From Eledone cirrhosa (Eukaryota): a stretch of 64,000 nucleotides of DNA. A program made the translations under genes and the position numbers. Below, one piece after another: positions 40,521 through 54,525 of the stretch. The stretch is from positions 357,554,001 to 357,618,000 of the forward strand of contig OZ024743.1 in the NCBI GenBank assembly GCA_964016885.1, read 5' to 3'. The notes beneath the pieces were generated by a model. It was given only the letters and a program-made list of their open reading frames with translations. It did not search any database and had not been told where the DNA came from. The stretch's first letter is position 1, and each line of letters begins with the position of its first letter.

Positions 40521-40916
40521 ATATTGTTATGCTTTGGGAGGGTTATGTTGCCAATAAGAAACACACGCACCAGTAGCTTTCACTTCAATTTATTATAAAT
40601 TAAATTTATAAATTTAGTAATTTATAAATTTCCGGTTGGTTGGAAAAGAAAAGAAAAAAGAAGAAAAGAAAAGAATCCCCAGTCACTGAAGAGGTCACAG
40701 AATGTGTGACGAAAGAACTTTGACAATATATGAACAATCCTCTGGTTGTGGAACCAACCAACCAACCGGAAATTTATAAATTTAATTTATAATAAATTGA
40801 AATGAGAGAAACTGGTGCGTGTGTTTCTTATTGGCAACATGACCCTCCCAAAGCATAACAATATCGGTTTCAACACACCTTTTCAGATAAAGAATCTTGC
40901 TAAACAAATTCAGAAA

Positions 40917-40918
<2 letters not shown>
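40521..40918 (+). mobile_element. Fold-back PLE-type end (40521-40643 / 40758-40864) with HHR-like motif at 40682-40724
   Basis: gtca CTGAAGA g-gtcaca-gaatg-tgtgac GAAA gaaCTT tgac; TA flanks. Confidence 0.75.
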
Positions 40919-40963
<45 letters not shown>

Positions 40964-41067
40964 GAATTTAGCTTGTATTGGAATTACAATTTAGAATGTA
41001 TTGGAATTTCGTATTTCTAAAGAAATACGGTATGTTGCTGTATACAGATATGCATTGGAATTTCGCA

Positions 41068-41160
<93 letters not shown>

Positions 41161-41436
41161 TGTGATGTACTTATATACGTTTTTTTACTTCTATATAAAT
41201 AACAATGTTTAGTGTAGTTATCAACTAGTTTATCAACGACGCTCTAGTGATTCAGTCATTCGTCTCCGAAATAAAATGATACTTTTAACATAAGTACAAT
41301 GCCAGAAATAATATGAAAGGTAATGTCGTCATTTATATAGTCCCTAGTACATGTCTGATACTTATCTTATCGACCGTAGAAGAATAAACACAAAGTCGAT
41401 ATTCTCCATGTTATTTTTGTGTGGTTTAGATGGTGA

Positions 41437-41552
41437 AGGCGTGTGGCTGAGTGGTTAGAGAATTGGATTCACAATCTTGAGGTTGTGAGTTCGATTATTG
41501 GACCGGGCGATGCGTTATGTCCTTGAACAAGGCACTTTATTTCACGTTGCTC
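41437..41552 (+). mobile_element. tRNA-derived SINE family B (reverse copy at ~50430-50562)
   Basis: gtggctgagtggttag A box, gagttcgatt B box, then gtccttgaacaaggcactttatttcacgttgctcc. Confidence 0.75.
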
Positions 41553-42144
41553 CTTCTATCGGGATTTGCGACCGATAGATAGTACTAGAAACTGGGAAGA
41601 CCAACGGTCCGATTTGACGAAAGTTGATCGATCTTTTAGATTTGATTTAATTGCAATCTTTTACTTAGACGTTATATTTTGAGAAAATATTAAGGAGATA
41701 GTTAAAGCCGTTTAAAGATTTATTTTTCAAAGTAATTTTTATCCAATCAGATTTATCTATCCTCTACATCTTGGATCAGCCAGAGGAACAATACCAACAA
41801 CAACAACGATAAGCAATGACAACAGTGACAACAATAATGCATGATTAGTGAGTGGTTATAAAACAAAAACAACAGTCTTGACGTCTGAAACCATTGATAC
41901 AGTTGAACAAAACGCCTCTCACAACTTACAACACATATATGCGTTATTAATTTCTTGGTGACTGACTTTTAAACTTTAGCACTCAATGAATCTAAACAAA
42001 TATCAAGACATACGCTCGTACGCGCAAACACACATACACACATACATATACATATACGCAATCACATCCATATACACATACATATACATACATTCACACA
42101 CACATACATATATATATATACATACCATACACATATATATATAT

Positions 42145-42181
<37 letters not shown>

Positions 42182-42509
42182 CAAATCAGGAAAGCAAACA
42201 TTATATACACTAACCACATAGAACAACAACCTACGTTATATATAGGCTGCATGCTTATACAATGGGTGTCACGTGACCTTCGAGAGATAAGTCAATGACA
42301 TCGTCATCACTCAATCGTAGTTGTATTGGTTCACTAGAATCTATAATAATTTGTCAACTTTGCCGGAAATGGTCAGACACCATTTGACCTTTTTCAGATG
42401 GTGTCTGACCACTTGATGGGGTTAAATGATGAGTCATATGGCTGACCTCTTGAAATGATTGTCGTTTCAGTTATACTGATTGTATCTATTCTATTTACTG
42501 GAATATTCG

Positions 42510-42643
<134 letters not shown>

Positions 42644-42750
42644 TCGCATAAATACATATCTAACTATCGATTCACCTGCCTATCTATCCAGACAAATAGA
42701 TATACATAAAAACAGACAGCTAAATAGATAGATACACAAACCAACTGAGT

Positions 42751-42823
<73 letters not shown>

Positions 42824-42886
42824 GAAAAATATGGGGAGAAGAATACTGCATGGTTGCACATGGATTACATGTTATAAAATGAGTTC

Positions 42887-42956
<70 letters not shown>

Positions 42957-42959
<3 letters not shown>

Positions 42960-44148
42960 ATAATATAAAGCTGACGGCCGTATGTAGGTAACAAACTTTC
43001 CGCCAAACGGCTGGACAAAACAGCACCAAATTTGCACCATAGATGTAACTTTTTCCAAGTAAAAAAGTGAGGGTATTTTTGTCTACTGAATTTTGTTAAA
43101 AGATTAAAGACATTATTTAAATATTCACTTCTTTAACATTTCAAATGTCAACACTTCCGGTTATACGACATTCCTCACTTTTTCTTAGTCTGTCTTTTTA
43201 GATAGATACATAGCTATGACGTCGCGCCCTTATAATATGTATCTGTATGTCTGGCTCTCTGCATTAGATAACTTTTTTCGAAATATTTACTTCTGCGTTC
43301 ACAGATTGATTTTTTTAGTTTCAGAAGATCCCGTTAAGGGTGAAAGCAGCGATTCTTTTCTTAAACTTTAATCTGTTATTTTAATATATATATTCGTGTA
43401 CAGATATTTTTGCATACACAAAAACAAAAACCTATTTATTTCACGAAAGCACGGAAACATGCCACATTTAAAGTACAGGGCCAAGTGTACCACACGATTG
43501 GAAGTCTCCTACCTCTGACCGACGAAGACCACAAGATTTTGCAAATCTACTTCATTGGAGATGCAGATTCACAAGCAATACGTCACCATCGGGCCATCCC
43601 AGCAACCAGACTTGAAATCATTCGCCAGTTACAGGACATGTTAAGCGACTTCAGTTTCCAATAAGACTAAGCTTCGCGATTACCATCAACAAAGCTCAGG
43701 GTCAAACCCTAAAAGTGGCTGGCCTTCATCTGGGAAAACCATGCTTCTCCCATGGTCAATTGTATGTAGGATGCTCTAGGGTGAGCTCGCCAAACAATCT
43801 CTTCATCTTTGCTCCGGTCGACCAAAAAATATTGTATACTCTGAGGCTCTAACAATGTAATTTATGTATTTTCTGCTACTTGGAATTTCATTATACAAAT
43901 TATTGTTTGTTAAAAAATGTGTTCTCTGTTCAGCCTTTATTGTTGTAACTATCAATTTTCTTTAACGTTGCTGAACTGGGGAATCCTAAAAACTAATCAA
44001 ACCCAACATCAGAGCACGTTAACCCCCCCCCCCCCCAACCTCGCAGACTTCAGAGGGCGTGCGGTATCTTTGCACTGGAGTGGAGGGGGATCCCTGAAAA
44101 GATAAAATGCCGGTACACCTAGCCGGGCGCCAACCGGACGGCCAGCTA

Positions 44149-44149
<1 letters not shown>
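42957..44149 (+). mobile_element. Internally deleted Helitron with RepHel remnants
   Basis: 5' TC, 3' hairpin plus CTAG; FKVQGQVYHTIGSLLP..LQIYFIGD (43460-43640) joined to PIF1 helicase tail [35 protein letters not shown] (43643-43860). Confidence 0.92.
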
Positions 44150-44228
<79 letters not shown>

Positions 44229-45129
44229 ATATATATATACATATTATATATATATTATATATATATCATATATGTGTGTGTATGTATGTATCTGTGTGTG
44301 CGTGTGTGTATATGTATGTATTTATTAGTGCCTTTCAAATTCAAATACAGACACCATATTTATACTGGAGTGTTGTGTTCATTCTTTCAATCATTTTAAC
44401 ATCACGCATTGAACTTTATTTGAATACTGGACCGTTTGTTCGGTGTACCAAACCTACCAGCAGTATATATATGTGTGCACATATACGTAAATACATGCAA
44501 ACAAACAGAAAGACATATATATATTACACACAGCGTTGGGCTTCTACGCGGTCGCTCGACTTGTTAGAATCAAACTTTGTCGTCTTTATAAAGGGATACA
44601 TTAGATCATATGTATTTAAACATACTGTGTCTGAGGGGGAAAAGATACGATGATAATGCCTGAAATGCCTTTGAATATATCTTTACTTGGTCGAAATTGA
44701 GCTGGTGTGAAACAACAACGATACACGTATACACTGCAAAACAAATTACAAATTGTTAGAGCCATATTTAACCGTCCTAGCGGTTAATGGTTCGTACATT
44801 GCTACTACTACTGTGATGACTACATCTCAGAGATTATATAAATAATACAGACCACCTTGATGTAAAGTAGATATAGCACTGACAATCAGAGCCCACTCCG
44901 AAGTATCTACTTAGTCGCAAAACCTATATATAATAACCTCAACTGTCTAAACGCAAAGGAAGATCAAGGGTGATCATGTAGTCCTAAATAAGCACTCGAG
45001 CCTCTTAATGTTCACTTATCAAGATGACTGGCTAAGAACGACATATGCTTTCACATATCTATCTTTTCCACGTTTCCACTTTTTTTTTCTCTCACTCTCG
45101 CCTATCTTCCTGTTTCTTCTTTCTCCCAA

Positions 45130-45168
45130 ACATTCTGATGAAAGACTAGTTTCGAAACGTTAAGACTC
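45130..45168 (+). ncRNA. Minimal HHR-like motif
   Basis: CTGATGA a-agac-ta-gttt-c GAAACGTTA; stem I poor. Confidence 0.45.
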
Positions 45169-45793
45169 ATTTCCGAATAAACCAAACCGTAAACTAATAT
45201 ATTATCATTGCATTGTATTGTTCTTCTGTGTTAGTTTTCCTTGGTGACTGAGAAACACACCAGTGTTCCCGTTCATTGGTTACATGCTGTATGTAAGAGA
45301 TAGCTTTGTTGTGAGACATCATCCCTTGTCATGTAATGGAAGCTGTAAGGAGACTCATCGGATGTACGAATGTATGTGTGTATGCATGTGTGTGTATGTG
45401 TGTGTATTTCGGAGGTGTAAACAAAGGTGACCAGATTTAATGAGTACTCTGTACATACTAAATTATTAATTTGTACAATTTATATATTATATTTGAAGCT
45501 CTGTTCTTCGGCAGAATTTGTCCCCAAGTCTCCCCAGAAATGTTTATAATTGATATTTCTGATAAACTAGCGAAAACTGAACGAAACGAACAAATTCTGG
45601 CGGAGAAAAATAGTTTAAATACAATATATAAATAAGCATAGGCATGGATATGTGGTTGAGAAGTTCGTTTCGCAGTCACATGGTTTCGTATTCAGTCCCA
45701 CTGTGTTGCATCTTAGGCAAGTAAGTCTCCTCTACTGTAGCATCGAATTCACAAATACCTTAAAACATACACATCAACACACACACGCACACG

Positions 45794-45828
<35 letters not shown>

Positions 45829-45862
45829 ACGCACACACACACACGCACGCACGCACACACAC

Positions 45863-45943
<81 letters not shown>

Positions 45944-46149
45944 TACATACATACTACATACATATATACACATGCGTGCAAATATAAGTATACGTATATA
46001 CCAATATGTGTTGCTACATCACATAGTGGGTGTGCAGATAAGTAATCTTAGATTATATAGGACGAATGGAGGAGATGTATATACACTAAGGTGGCGGTAA
46101 ATCAAAGACTTTTCAATTTTAAGTAGCCTTTAAGATAGAGTAAATATGG

Positions 46150-46600
46150 TATTACTGATTTTCCATTGTAAAGAAGTGTTGTTTATATTAGTTAAGGTTC
46201 ACCGGAAGAAGAGGGCATTTTGAAAAATAGAATGGAATTCCGTGAGGCACAAATTATATCTTCGGTTTCCAGGCTGGTATGATTTCACAATTTCAAGAAA
46301 TTTCCAATTAATGGAATATTCTAAATTGGCCTCTTTCGAATACCATATATAACGCGCTAATGAGGTTGAGCTACTTAGTTTTTTATCCTTAAAAGAGAGC
46401 CGATGCATATAATATGTAGATTTACAGCTATTTGAGTATCCCTTATATATATACCTTGTTATTAGTGTGTGTAGATATAGTACATTAATAAACTATATTT
46501 TCAGTTAGATAATTACCGCTAAGTGGGCAAGTAAAAGGGTTTCTATAGTTACAGCTTCTATTGGATATTAGGCTACTACTGGGTTTAACATTTTTACAAT
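46150..46600 (-). pseudogene. Decayed PLE GIY-YIG endonuclease (same type as ORF 27068)
   Basis: CNYRNPFTCPLSGNYLTENIVY..HRLSFKD..STSLARYIW..W..YNLCLTE, with stops. Confidence 0.8.
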
Positions 46601-46689
46601 GGATCGTAGTGTAGAAGTTACGATTATTGCTGTTGAGACTACCTCCTACCAAGAGCAAAATGACTAGCGATGCCTGTATAGCTTCCATT

Positions 46690-47800
46690 TCAACCTGTAT
46701 CAACTTACAATACCTCGATGACTTTATTGTAGCGCGCCCAAATTGCGAAACACACAGACTCAGTAACTTTATAGACATATTACTGTAACCAATCCTTAAA
46801 TACATACCAAGCCTTATAAGAGATGATCTGGACCTCTTAAACTAACCCCTCAAATATGTCAATAGAGACATTATTATTGCATCTTTTGACGTAATAAACC
46901 TCTACACTACGATCTTACACCAATACGGACTAGAGGCAAAAGGATACTCTCCAGAAAATTTTCCTAATTCGATCCAGGAAAGAATAGGAAAATGTTTCAT
47001 CACCGAGGGACTAAAATTCATTCTACAAAGCAATTCTTTTTTTTATTTCAATGGCAATACTTAAAAACAAAAGTTGCTCCGACTTACGCCAATTTAGTCA
47101 TGGCATACCTGGACGTCCAGATATGTGAACAACCAAGATTAATTGAATTTCCACAAATATTTGCTAGACAACTGGAAACACTATATGGATGACTGCCTTA
47201 TTCTATGGACGTACACACTCGACCAACTCAACAAATTTAAAGCCCTACTTAACAACATCAATAATAATATCAAATTCACAATGGAATATAACCAAGATCA
47301 ACTTCTATTCCTCGACATTATAATCATGAAAAAAGGCACAAATATTGAAACAGACATACACCACAAACAAACAGATTCCAAACAATACTTACTATTCAGT
47401 TCAAGCCATCCGAAACACACGAAGTCAAATATTCCATTTAATCTAGCAAGAAGAATCTGTACAATTGTCTCAAATGATAAAACTCAGAATAAAAGACTCC
47501 AAGAACTAAAAAAATTCTACTCAAAAGACAATATCCATCATTACTAATAGACAACGGAATAGAATGTGCCAAAGCATTAGGCATTCAAGAATTATGAAAA
47601 ATAAAAACATCTTCAGATACATTCAATGCACTACCCTATATCTCAACACACACATTAAGAAATACAGAAGTATACAGCATTATCCACAAGAACATCCCAC
47701 TATTGAGATAAGATCCAAGCACCCAAAACATAAAATAATCAAAAGCAAAAGACATCAAAAATCGTTTAAAAAACTATACACTAGCGCCAAATTACCCAGA
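46690..47800 (+). pseudogene. Decayed Penelope-like reverse transcriptase (Neptune-type)
   Basis: SFDVINLYT, TKVAPTYANLVMAYL, WKHYMDDC, IKFTME..FLDI, TDSKQYL..S.HP.HTK.NIPFNLARRI; frameshifted. Confidence 0.85.
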
Positions 47801-48049
47801 TACCACTTGAGATTTGTGTGCAGCAAACATGTACCCCAAATTCCAGGTTTTCCCATTATACTGTTGTCCAGATAATGCCACAGTTTAAACACGAATAAAT
47901 AAATAAAATATATTTATTCAAAAATACAAACTACGTTTGAATAGACTCTAACTACCCCCTCCCCCACATACGAATACGTAGATTATTCAATTTTCTAATC
48001 GAATTATTAACTATTGCTATTGTTTTTACCATTATTATTATGTTATCTA

Positions 48050-48270
48050 GGGTGGTGGATTGGCAGTATCGGTAGAGAGTCGGACGCCATGCTTTGCAGC
48101 ATAGAGTTGCACCCCATTACAGTCTGAGTTCAAATCCCGTCAAGGTTAATTTTGCCTTTCATCCTTACGGGGTCGAAAAAATAAAGCACCAGTAATGCTC
48201 TGGGGTCGATTTAATCAACTTACCCTTCCCCCTAAATTACTAGACTTGTGCCTGTATAAGAAACCATTAT
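48050..48270 (+). mobile_element. SINE family A (long 3' variant)
   Basis: Consensus head and core. Confidence 0.9.
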
Positions 48271-48321
48271 GTTATCTCATGACTCTCTCTACCCGAACAG
48301 AAAAGGGAATAAATAGCTATC

Positions 48322-48389
<68 letters not shown>

Positions 48390-48466
48390 GAGATAGAGAG
48401 AGAGAGTCACGTACAATTCTGGCTCATTTTGCTGATTGGATCAGCATTATTATTGTAGGTGTCTCC

Positions 48467-48572
48467 CCGAGGTTAACTTTGCCTTTCATCCTTACGGGGT
48501 CGATAGAATAAAGTACCAGTAATGTACTGGGTATTTGCTGGCCTTGTGCCAAAAAGTAGAAACAATTATTAT
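48467..48572 (+). mobile_element. SINE family A, 5'-truncated
   Basis: Core plus (ATT)n tail. Confidence 0.9.
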
Positions 48573-48896
48573 TATAGGTGTCACTATGATAGTGATATTA
48601 ACGGTAATAATTATTATTATTACTACTTTTGTTATTGTTATTCGGACGTAGCAGGAAACAATAAAAAGCTAGCCACACACACATATATAAACAAAATCCT
48701 GTACTTCTGAAATTCTGGGATAGTCACAAAGACAATAACAGCTTCCTTTGCCTGTTGAACACAACAGGCATGAATTGCTGTTATCCACTCACGTTTTATT
48801 ATCCACTCATGTTTTTTGGCGCGAAAGTAGCCAGTTTTCTGCATAAAAACCATTACATTTCCGATTGGTGTGCGTGTGTGTTTGTATCTCTCTCTA

Positions 48897-48927
<31 letters not shown>

Positions 48928-48928
<1 letters not shown>

Positions 48929-49520
48929 ATAAAAGTATGTGTTCCTACATGTAAAAAATACACATAGGGATACAAGTATTGTCCAACCGTATGCCAGTGT
49001 GGTTCAATGGCAAGTTAATAAATTAACAAGCCAGAACATATAAAATCAAGGTTTGGCAAATAGAGAAAAAGTTTTAAAATAAATTTCAAAAAATTCACTG
49101 TACTTACTATATGTGCCTTTACCGCGGTTTCCGGTCCCAAAATAAATAGATAATCCAAGCGGATTTTCATTGAGAAAGAGATCATCGTCAGAAGGCTTTT
49201 CTCACTCGGAGAATATAAAATTCCCGAGTTCAAATTACAAACTGGCGCAACACAAAACTGTTCCCGAACGAGAGGGAATGAGAGAAGAAACAATTTTGTC
49301 TAGTGCCGTGTCTCATTCGGGAAGAGTTTTGTGTGGCGCCAGTTTGTGATTTGAACTCGGGAATTTTATATTCTCCGAGTGAGAAAACCCTTCTGACGAG
49401 GATCTCTTTCTCAATGTAAATCCGCTTGGATTATCTATTTATTTTGGGATCGGAAACCGCGGTAAAGGAAATTTATTTTAAAACTTTTTTTCTCTATTTG
49501 CTAAACCTTGATTTTATATA
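48928..49520 (-). mobile_element. Fold-back PLE-type end (49038-49275 / 49305-49520) with an HHR in each arm
   Basis: Plus arm 49389-49468: cctt CTGACGA ggatctc..gggatcg GAAAC cgcg GTA aagg; mirror at 49116-49195. Confidence 0.85.
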
Positions 49521-49792
49521 TATATATATATATATATATACATGAAGCCACATACGCCGATTATGCATTGTTGCATAATATATGCAGACAGAGGGTGCAG
49601 TGCACCCTACTGCTGCATTAAGTCTAGCCGAAACTCGAGTCCGGGAACTACTATAGGCACCCGTTTTACGTGTGTTGTATTGAAGCGAATAACTATGTGT
49701 ATACTCTGGGAATGTATCCTACATTACCTATTGAGTACGCTGAGATACAACCGGTCCTGGCATTGGTAAATATGCTGGGTCCGTTAACCCCT

Positions 49793-49850
<58 letters not shown>

Positions 49851-52421
49851 TGTCTATTTACCACATCCAGACTGTGACTTTGTATTGAAATGTATAAAAT
49901 TCACATAGAGCGCTCCCCACAGCCAAATCGCATTCATTTTGTCGTGACATACATAATCTGTGTAATATTTCTTTCTCTGCTCCTATATTTTGTGATCGTA
50001 TTCTAGTTACCCTAGTCAACTAAGGAGATCTAATAAGATAGAAACCTGTCCGCTGCTTTCATCAAGTTGGCTTAGAGATAAGGTCCACTCCCACTGCTTT
50101 GTCTAAAAAATTTCCAAAAGATTTATATCAGCTTAAGCCAGAGCCGTTCTTTCCCTAGCTTGTTTCTCATTCTCTGAACACTCCTAAACTGAGAAAATAT
50201 AATCAACCGAAACTGTCTTCGTAGTTTCAAGACCTTTTAGGTTGTTCCTATAATGAGAAGCAAGGAAGGGAGAGAACTTCGATAAACTAAAAAAGTGTTA
50301 AAGCCTGTTACAAGCCTCGAGGCTAATTAGGTCGGTGCTTATTCCGATTATCTTTGGCAATAGGTGACTAAGAATACCAAACTCCTCACCTAGACAGAAC
50401 AGGATTAATCCTCAGTTACTGCTGGTTCTCATTTTAGCTGAGTGTACTGGAGCAACGTAAATGAAGTGTTTTGCAAAGAACACAATGCGCCATCTGGCCC
50501 AGGAATCGAACCCAAGACATTATGATCATAAGTCAAACACATTAACCACTAGGCTACGCACATTCTATAGCAGAGCCACCACTAGTAATTCACTGAATCA
50601 TATATATATATGTATACTTATGGTAAAAGCATTAACTAATCAGGATTGCTTATGCAACACACTGATCAGTGAATAATGATGCAATTCAATTTAAGCACTT
50701 AACGTCATTTGTTTTCTTCCAAATGTAATTAGTCAGTCCACAACGGAATATATATACTCCGATGTAAATGCGTAAAAATCCTTATTTATAAAGTTGTGAC
50801 ACACCAAAGGCTCCCTCCCAAACAGTTAGTTAGATATTATGGTCATAAAGTTCAATTCAGTATAAGATGTTTTGATGTGCCACTGGGTTCCCGTCCAGCA
50901 GACGTCAGCAGTATTAAATTATCATTCCAGTGGTGACATGCATGCAACACGCCGCCTATTCCCACTATTTTTTGGCGGGACAACGCATGTCATGCTGAGA
51001 ACAAATGCTTATATAAATAAATTAATTATCGCTTAATTCAATATAAGTGAATAGATAAATTAATGCTAAAAGTTCAAAATTACGTTGTGTCCAATTATAA
51101 GAAGTATATGATCTAAATAATGTTCGAGAGACAAGAAAAAAACCTTATTAATCAAGTTACTAATAAACCCAAATAGGAAAACACAGAGATACAATACCGA
51201 AATATGGAAGAGAAATATAAAGCATAAAAAGTAATAATTAATTGGTTAATCCTTCAATCAATCAATTATGAAAAAATAAAAAAAAAATTAAAAAAAAAGT
51301 GAAAGGAGCTGAAATGGAAAGATACAAGATAAAGGTGATAACAGTTGAGGAATTATAGTGAGATCAGTTATTGAATTCCCAGTGCCGAAGCAGCTGGTGT
51401 GTTCTTCCATGAATCATTTTGGTCCAGCGGGAGTTCACATTGGAACGGATATCGGCAATGAAAACATCATATCTGCTCGTTCCCTTGTCTTTAGATTGGT
51501 TTGCCTCGGAAACGTAGCCTTATTACATATCATGCTGTCTGATGATGTAGCGTGACCGGTTGCATGATCCAACCATCACGTAGCAGATAAAAAAAGTAAT
51601 GGAATAGGGACCTCAAGCTGTGGTCCTATCAAAGACCATATGTCCTATCAAAGACAACGAAGAGCAAAAATACCTCAGAGGACAGAGACCAGCATTTAGT
51701 TCTTTTAATGGCTGTTCTCGCGATGAGTTTTCTCATTTTTATATGTATTCAAATATTCTCGCTTCGTTTCGATCAGAGTCAACTGTGGTTTTTCACTTAA
51801 CATTATCATAGCTATGGTTAACTTTCTATTTAGGACAGGCACCACGACTTGGGGTCCACTATTCCATTATTTTATTTTATTTTATTTGTTTTCTTTGTTT
51901 TCTTTCGTCCTTCTATCTGTTCTGTTTATTTTATTACACACATATCATACCAACAGAAAGATTTATAATTCTGTTGCACGATCCATCATTTTAAAATGTT
52001 ACTATCAAGTAAATCGTGCGAAACCATTTTGCTGGTTTGAGAGCTGATGAGGGTGAATATGTGTGTGTAAACTTGAATGTAAACTTTATTTCCTTCTTCC
52101 AGTCATATCTATGCGCCACCACACTTCTCCCTGTCCTCCTCCTCATTCAGCCTTTTCTATATTTCATCTGCCTGTCACCCACCTTGTGGTTTGTCTCTCT
52201 GTTGACCACTGGGCGCTGGTCTCTGTCATCTCAGACATTTTTGGCCACCGCGGTCTTTGACAGCATTAAGCTGTTTTAACGGCTGTTCTAGGAATGAGTT
52301 TTCTCATTTATATATATATATATATATATATACAAATGTAACATATAAAATATTTCTGAATTATGTGCTTCTCAATAAATTAGCTCATTAGACAATATCC
52401 AGAGCAATATTAAGTAAAAAG

Positions 52422-52497
<76 letters not shown>

Positions 52498-53389
52498 TAA
52501 TAAAATAATGAATAAACAAAGAAACAGTTCCTTATATTAAAAAAATTCATCATTTTACGATCGTTTCTAGGATATATATGTGTTAGAGTTGGGATGCATA
52601 TTCTATAGATCTATGTACAATATTTATACAAACTATCAGAGGGAATATACATACCTACACATATATATGCTGTCTTCAGAAATAATGATATTTGTTTATT
52701 GAAAAAAACAAAGATTCAATACAATAGGTCTGTTTGGGAACAGGTTTTGAATTGACCAATAGAGAGATAGTGAGGGTCAAGATAGTAATATAGTAGTAGA
52801 AGAACCTTAAATTATGGGTAGAGGAAGGTAGATTTCAGTTTTGGATGGAAAAGAATATTATGAATGAAGGAATATTTTAGGGAAGAAATAGGTCTTATGC
52901 TGACCTCAGAAATAATTTTATTTGTTCATTGAATAAAACCAACAAAGATCTAATATATTCTGTCTGTTTGGTAAGAGGTTTAGAATTAACCAATAGAAAA
53001 TTAATAATTGGCCAAATGGTAAAATAGTAGTAATTGAAGCTTATTTTAGGGGTGAAAATAGGTCAGGTGGTCAGTAAATGGTATACAAGCAGTTGCTGTT
53101 ATAAAATAGTAATGCCAATACAAATATCTAAGGTGACTAAAGTTTTACGATAAGAATGTTAGTGAAAAAAATACATCTATGAAAAGAATATAAGTTAATT
53201 TAATTGATGGGTATATTTATATTGATAAAATTATACTAATACATATAGATATGATAAATAAGAGTTAGATGCAGTTGAAAAGTGCTGTTAAAGATGAGGG
53301 GAAATTAAAAGAATATAAAAATAATATATATATATACTTATATATATATATATATATATACATATATATACACATACACACACACATAT

Positions 53390-53444
<55 letters not shown>

Positions 53445-53477
53445 CATATACATGCATATATACATACATACATATAT

Positions 53478-53780
53478 ATAAAAGACGTAAAATAAGAAAA
53501 TATTTTTAAAAAAAAAATAAAAAAAAATTTTTTTTGCTTACTTAAATTTTCACTCCAACTAATTAGTTTCATGCTAATTAGTTGGAGTGAAAATTTAAGT
53601 AAGTAAAAAATTAAAAAAAAATTTTTTTTTTTTAAATATTTTCTTATTTTACGTCTTTTATATTATTGTTCTGCATTCTCCTGCATTGAACCACCTAGGT
53701 ACTATGACATAACCTGTGTATTTGCTAGCATGGGCGTGCATCTGTGCACTTATGTTAGTTGATATATTAAATTATCTATA
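53478..53780. mobile_element. Dispersed fold-back fragment of the 560-bp HHR repeat family
   Basis: 53575-53780 is the reverse complement of the array unit (e.g. 59405-59612); 53478-53570 is its inverted copy. Confidence 0.9.
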
Positions 53781-53939
53781 CATACATATATATATATACA
53801 CACATACACACTTACATATACATACAATTATTGGGGGGGGGGGGGCATTACATTTATTAGTGAGAAATAATAAATATATATAGTTTTCAAGGAACATAGA
53901 GTCATAACCTGAAGTTAAAGCATTATATATGTTTACTTA

Positions 53940-54320
53940 ATGGTATCAGTTTTAGTATATAAATGTAAAGTTAACACTAAGGACTCAATTTATTCATATA
54001 TAGGAGCTACCTCTAACAAATTTAAGGTAAGATTTAATACCCACAAACATAGTTTTAAAAATGCCGCACTAGCTAATACAACATCTCTAGCTGAAATAAT
54101 TAATAGTTATAGAAAGAGGAATATAGATTATGACCTGACCTGGAGTGTGCTCAAAAGGGCCACCCCTTATCAAAATAGTAGATATGAATGTAGATTATGT
54201 TCCCAAGAACTTTTTGAAATAATGAAATCTAAGGATATCCTATTAAATAAGCGACAGGAATTAATAATATCGTGTAATCATAAACTGAGAAAAACCTTTA
54301 AATATTATAAACCTAATTAA
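53940..54320 (+). CDS. Near-complete GIY-YIG endonuclease domain; start codon supplied by the inverted arm
   Basis: LVYKCKV..YIGATSNKFKVRFNTHKHSF..TSL..W..CRLCSQE..LLNKRQE..CNH; no internal stops; expression unknown. Confidence 0.65.
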   Translation: MVSVLVYKCKVNTKDSIYSYIGATSNKFKVRFNTHKHSFKNAALANTTSLAEIINSYRKRNIDYDLTWSVLKRATPYQNSRYECRLCSQELFEIMKSKDILLNKRQELIISCNHKLRKTFKYYKPN

Positions 54321-54525
54321 TATACACTTTAGAAATTAATATATAAACTATTTTTAATTTAGATAACCTATAATTAATATTCTACTACTGATGAACTACA
54401 TAATTCTGCTTTAAATATTATAAACCTAATTAATATACACTTTAGAAATTAATATATAAACTATTTTTAATTTAGTTAACCTATAATTAATATTCTACTA
54501 CTGATGAACTACATAATTTTGCTTT
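54298..54525. repeat. ~113-bp tandem duplication at the ORF stop
   Basis: tttaaatattataaacctaattaatatacac...ctgatgaactacataatt occurs twice. Confidence 0.9.

Noticed and set aside
41437-41510. tRNA gene
   Set aside because: A/B boxes present but no clean cloverleaf, and it continues into a SINE body; the same holds for family A heads
42370-42411. 18-bp hairpin resembling a terminator
   Set aside because: Isolated, eukaryotic context, no associated gene or ribozyme core
52040-52262. HHR formed by CTGATGA (~52044) and ACCGCGGTC (~52247)
   Set aside because: GAAA is missing and stem I is weak; possibly a remnant but not supportable
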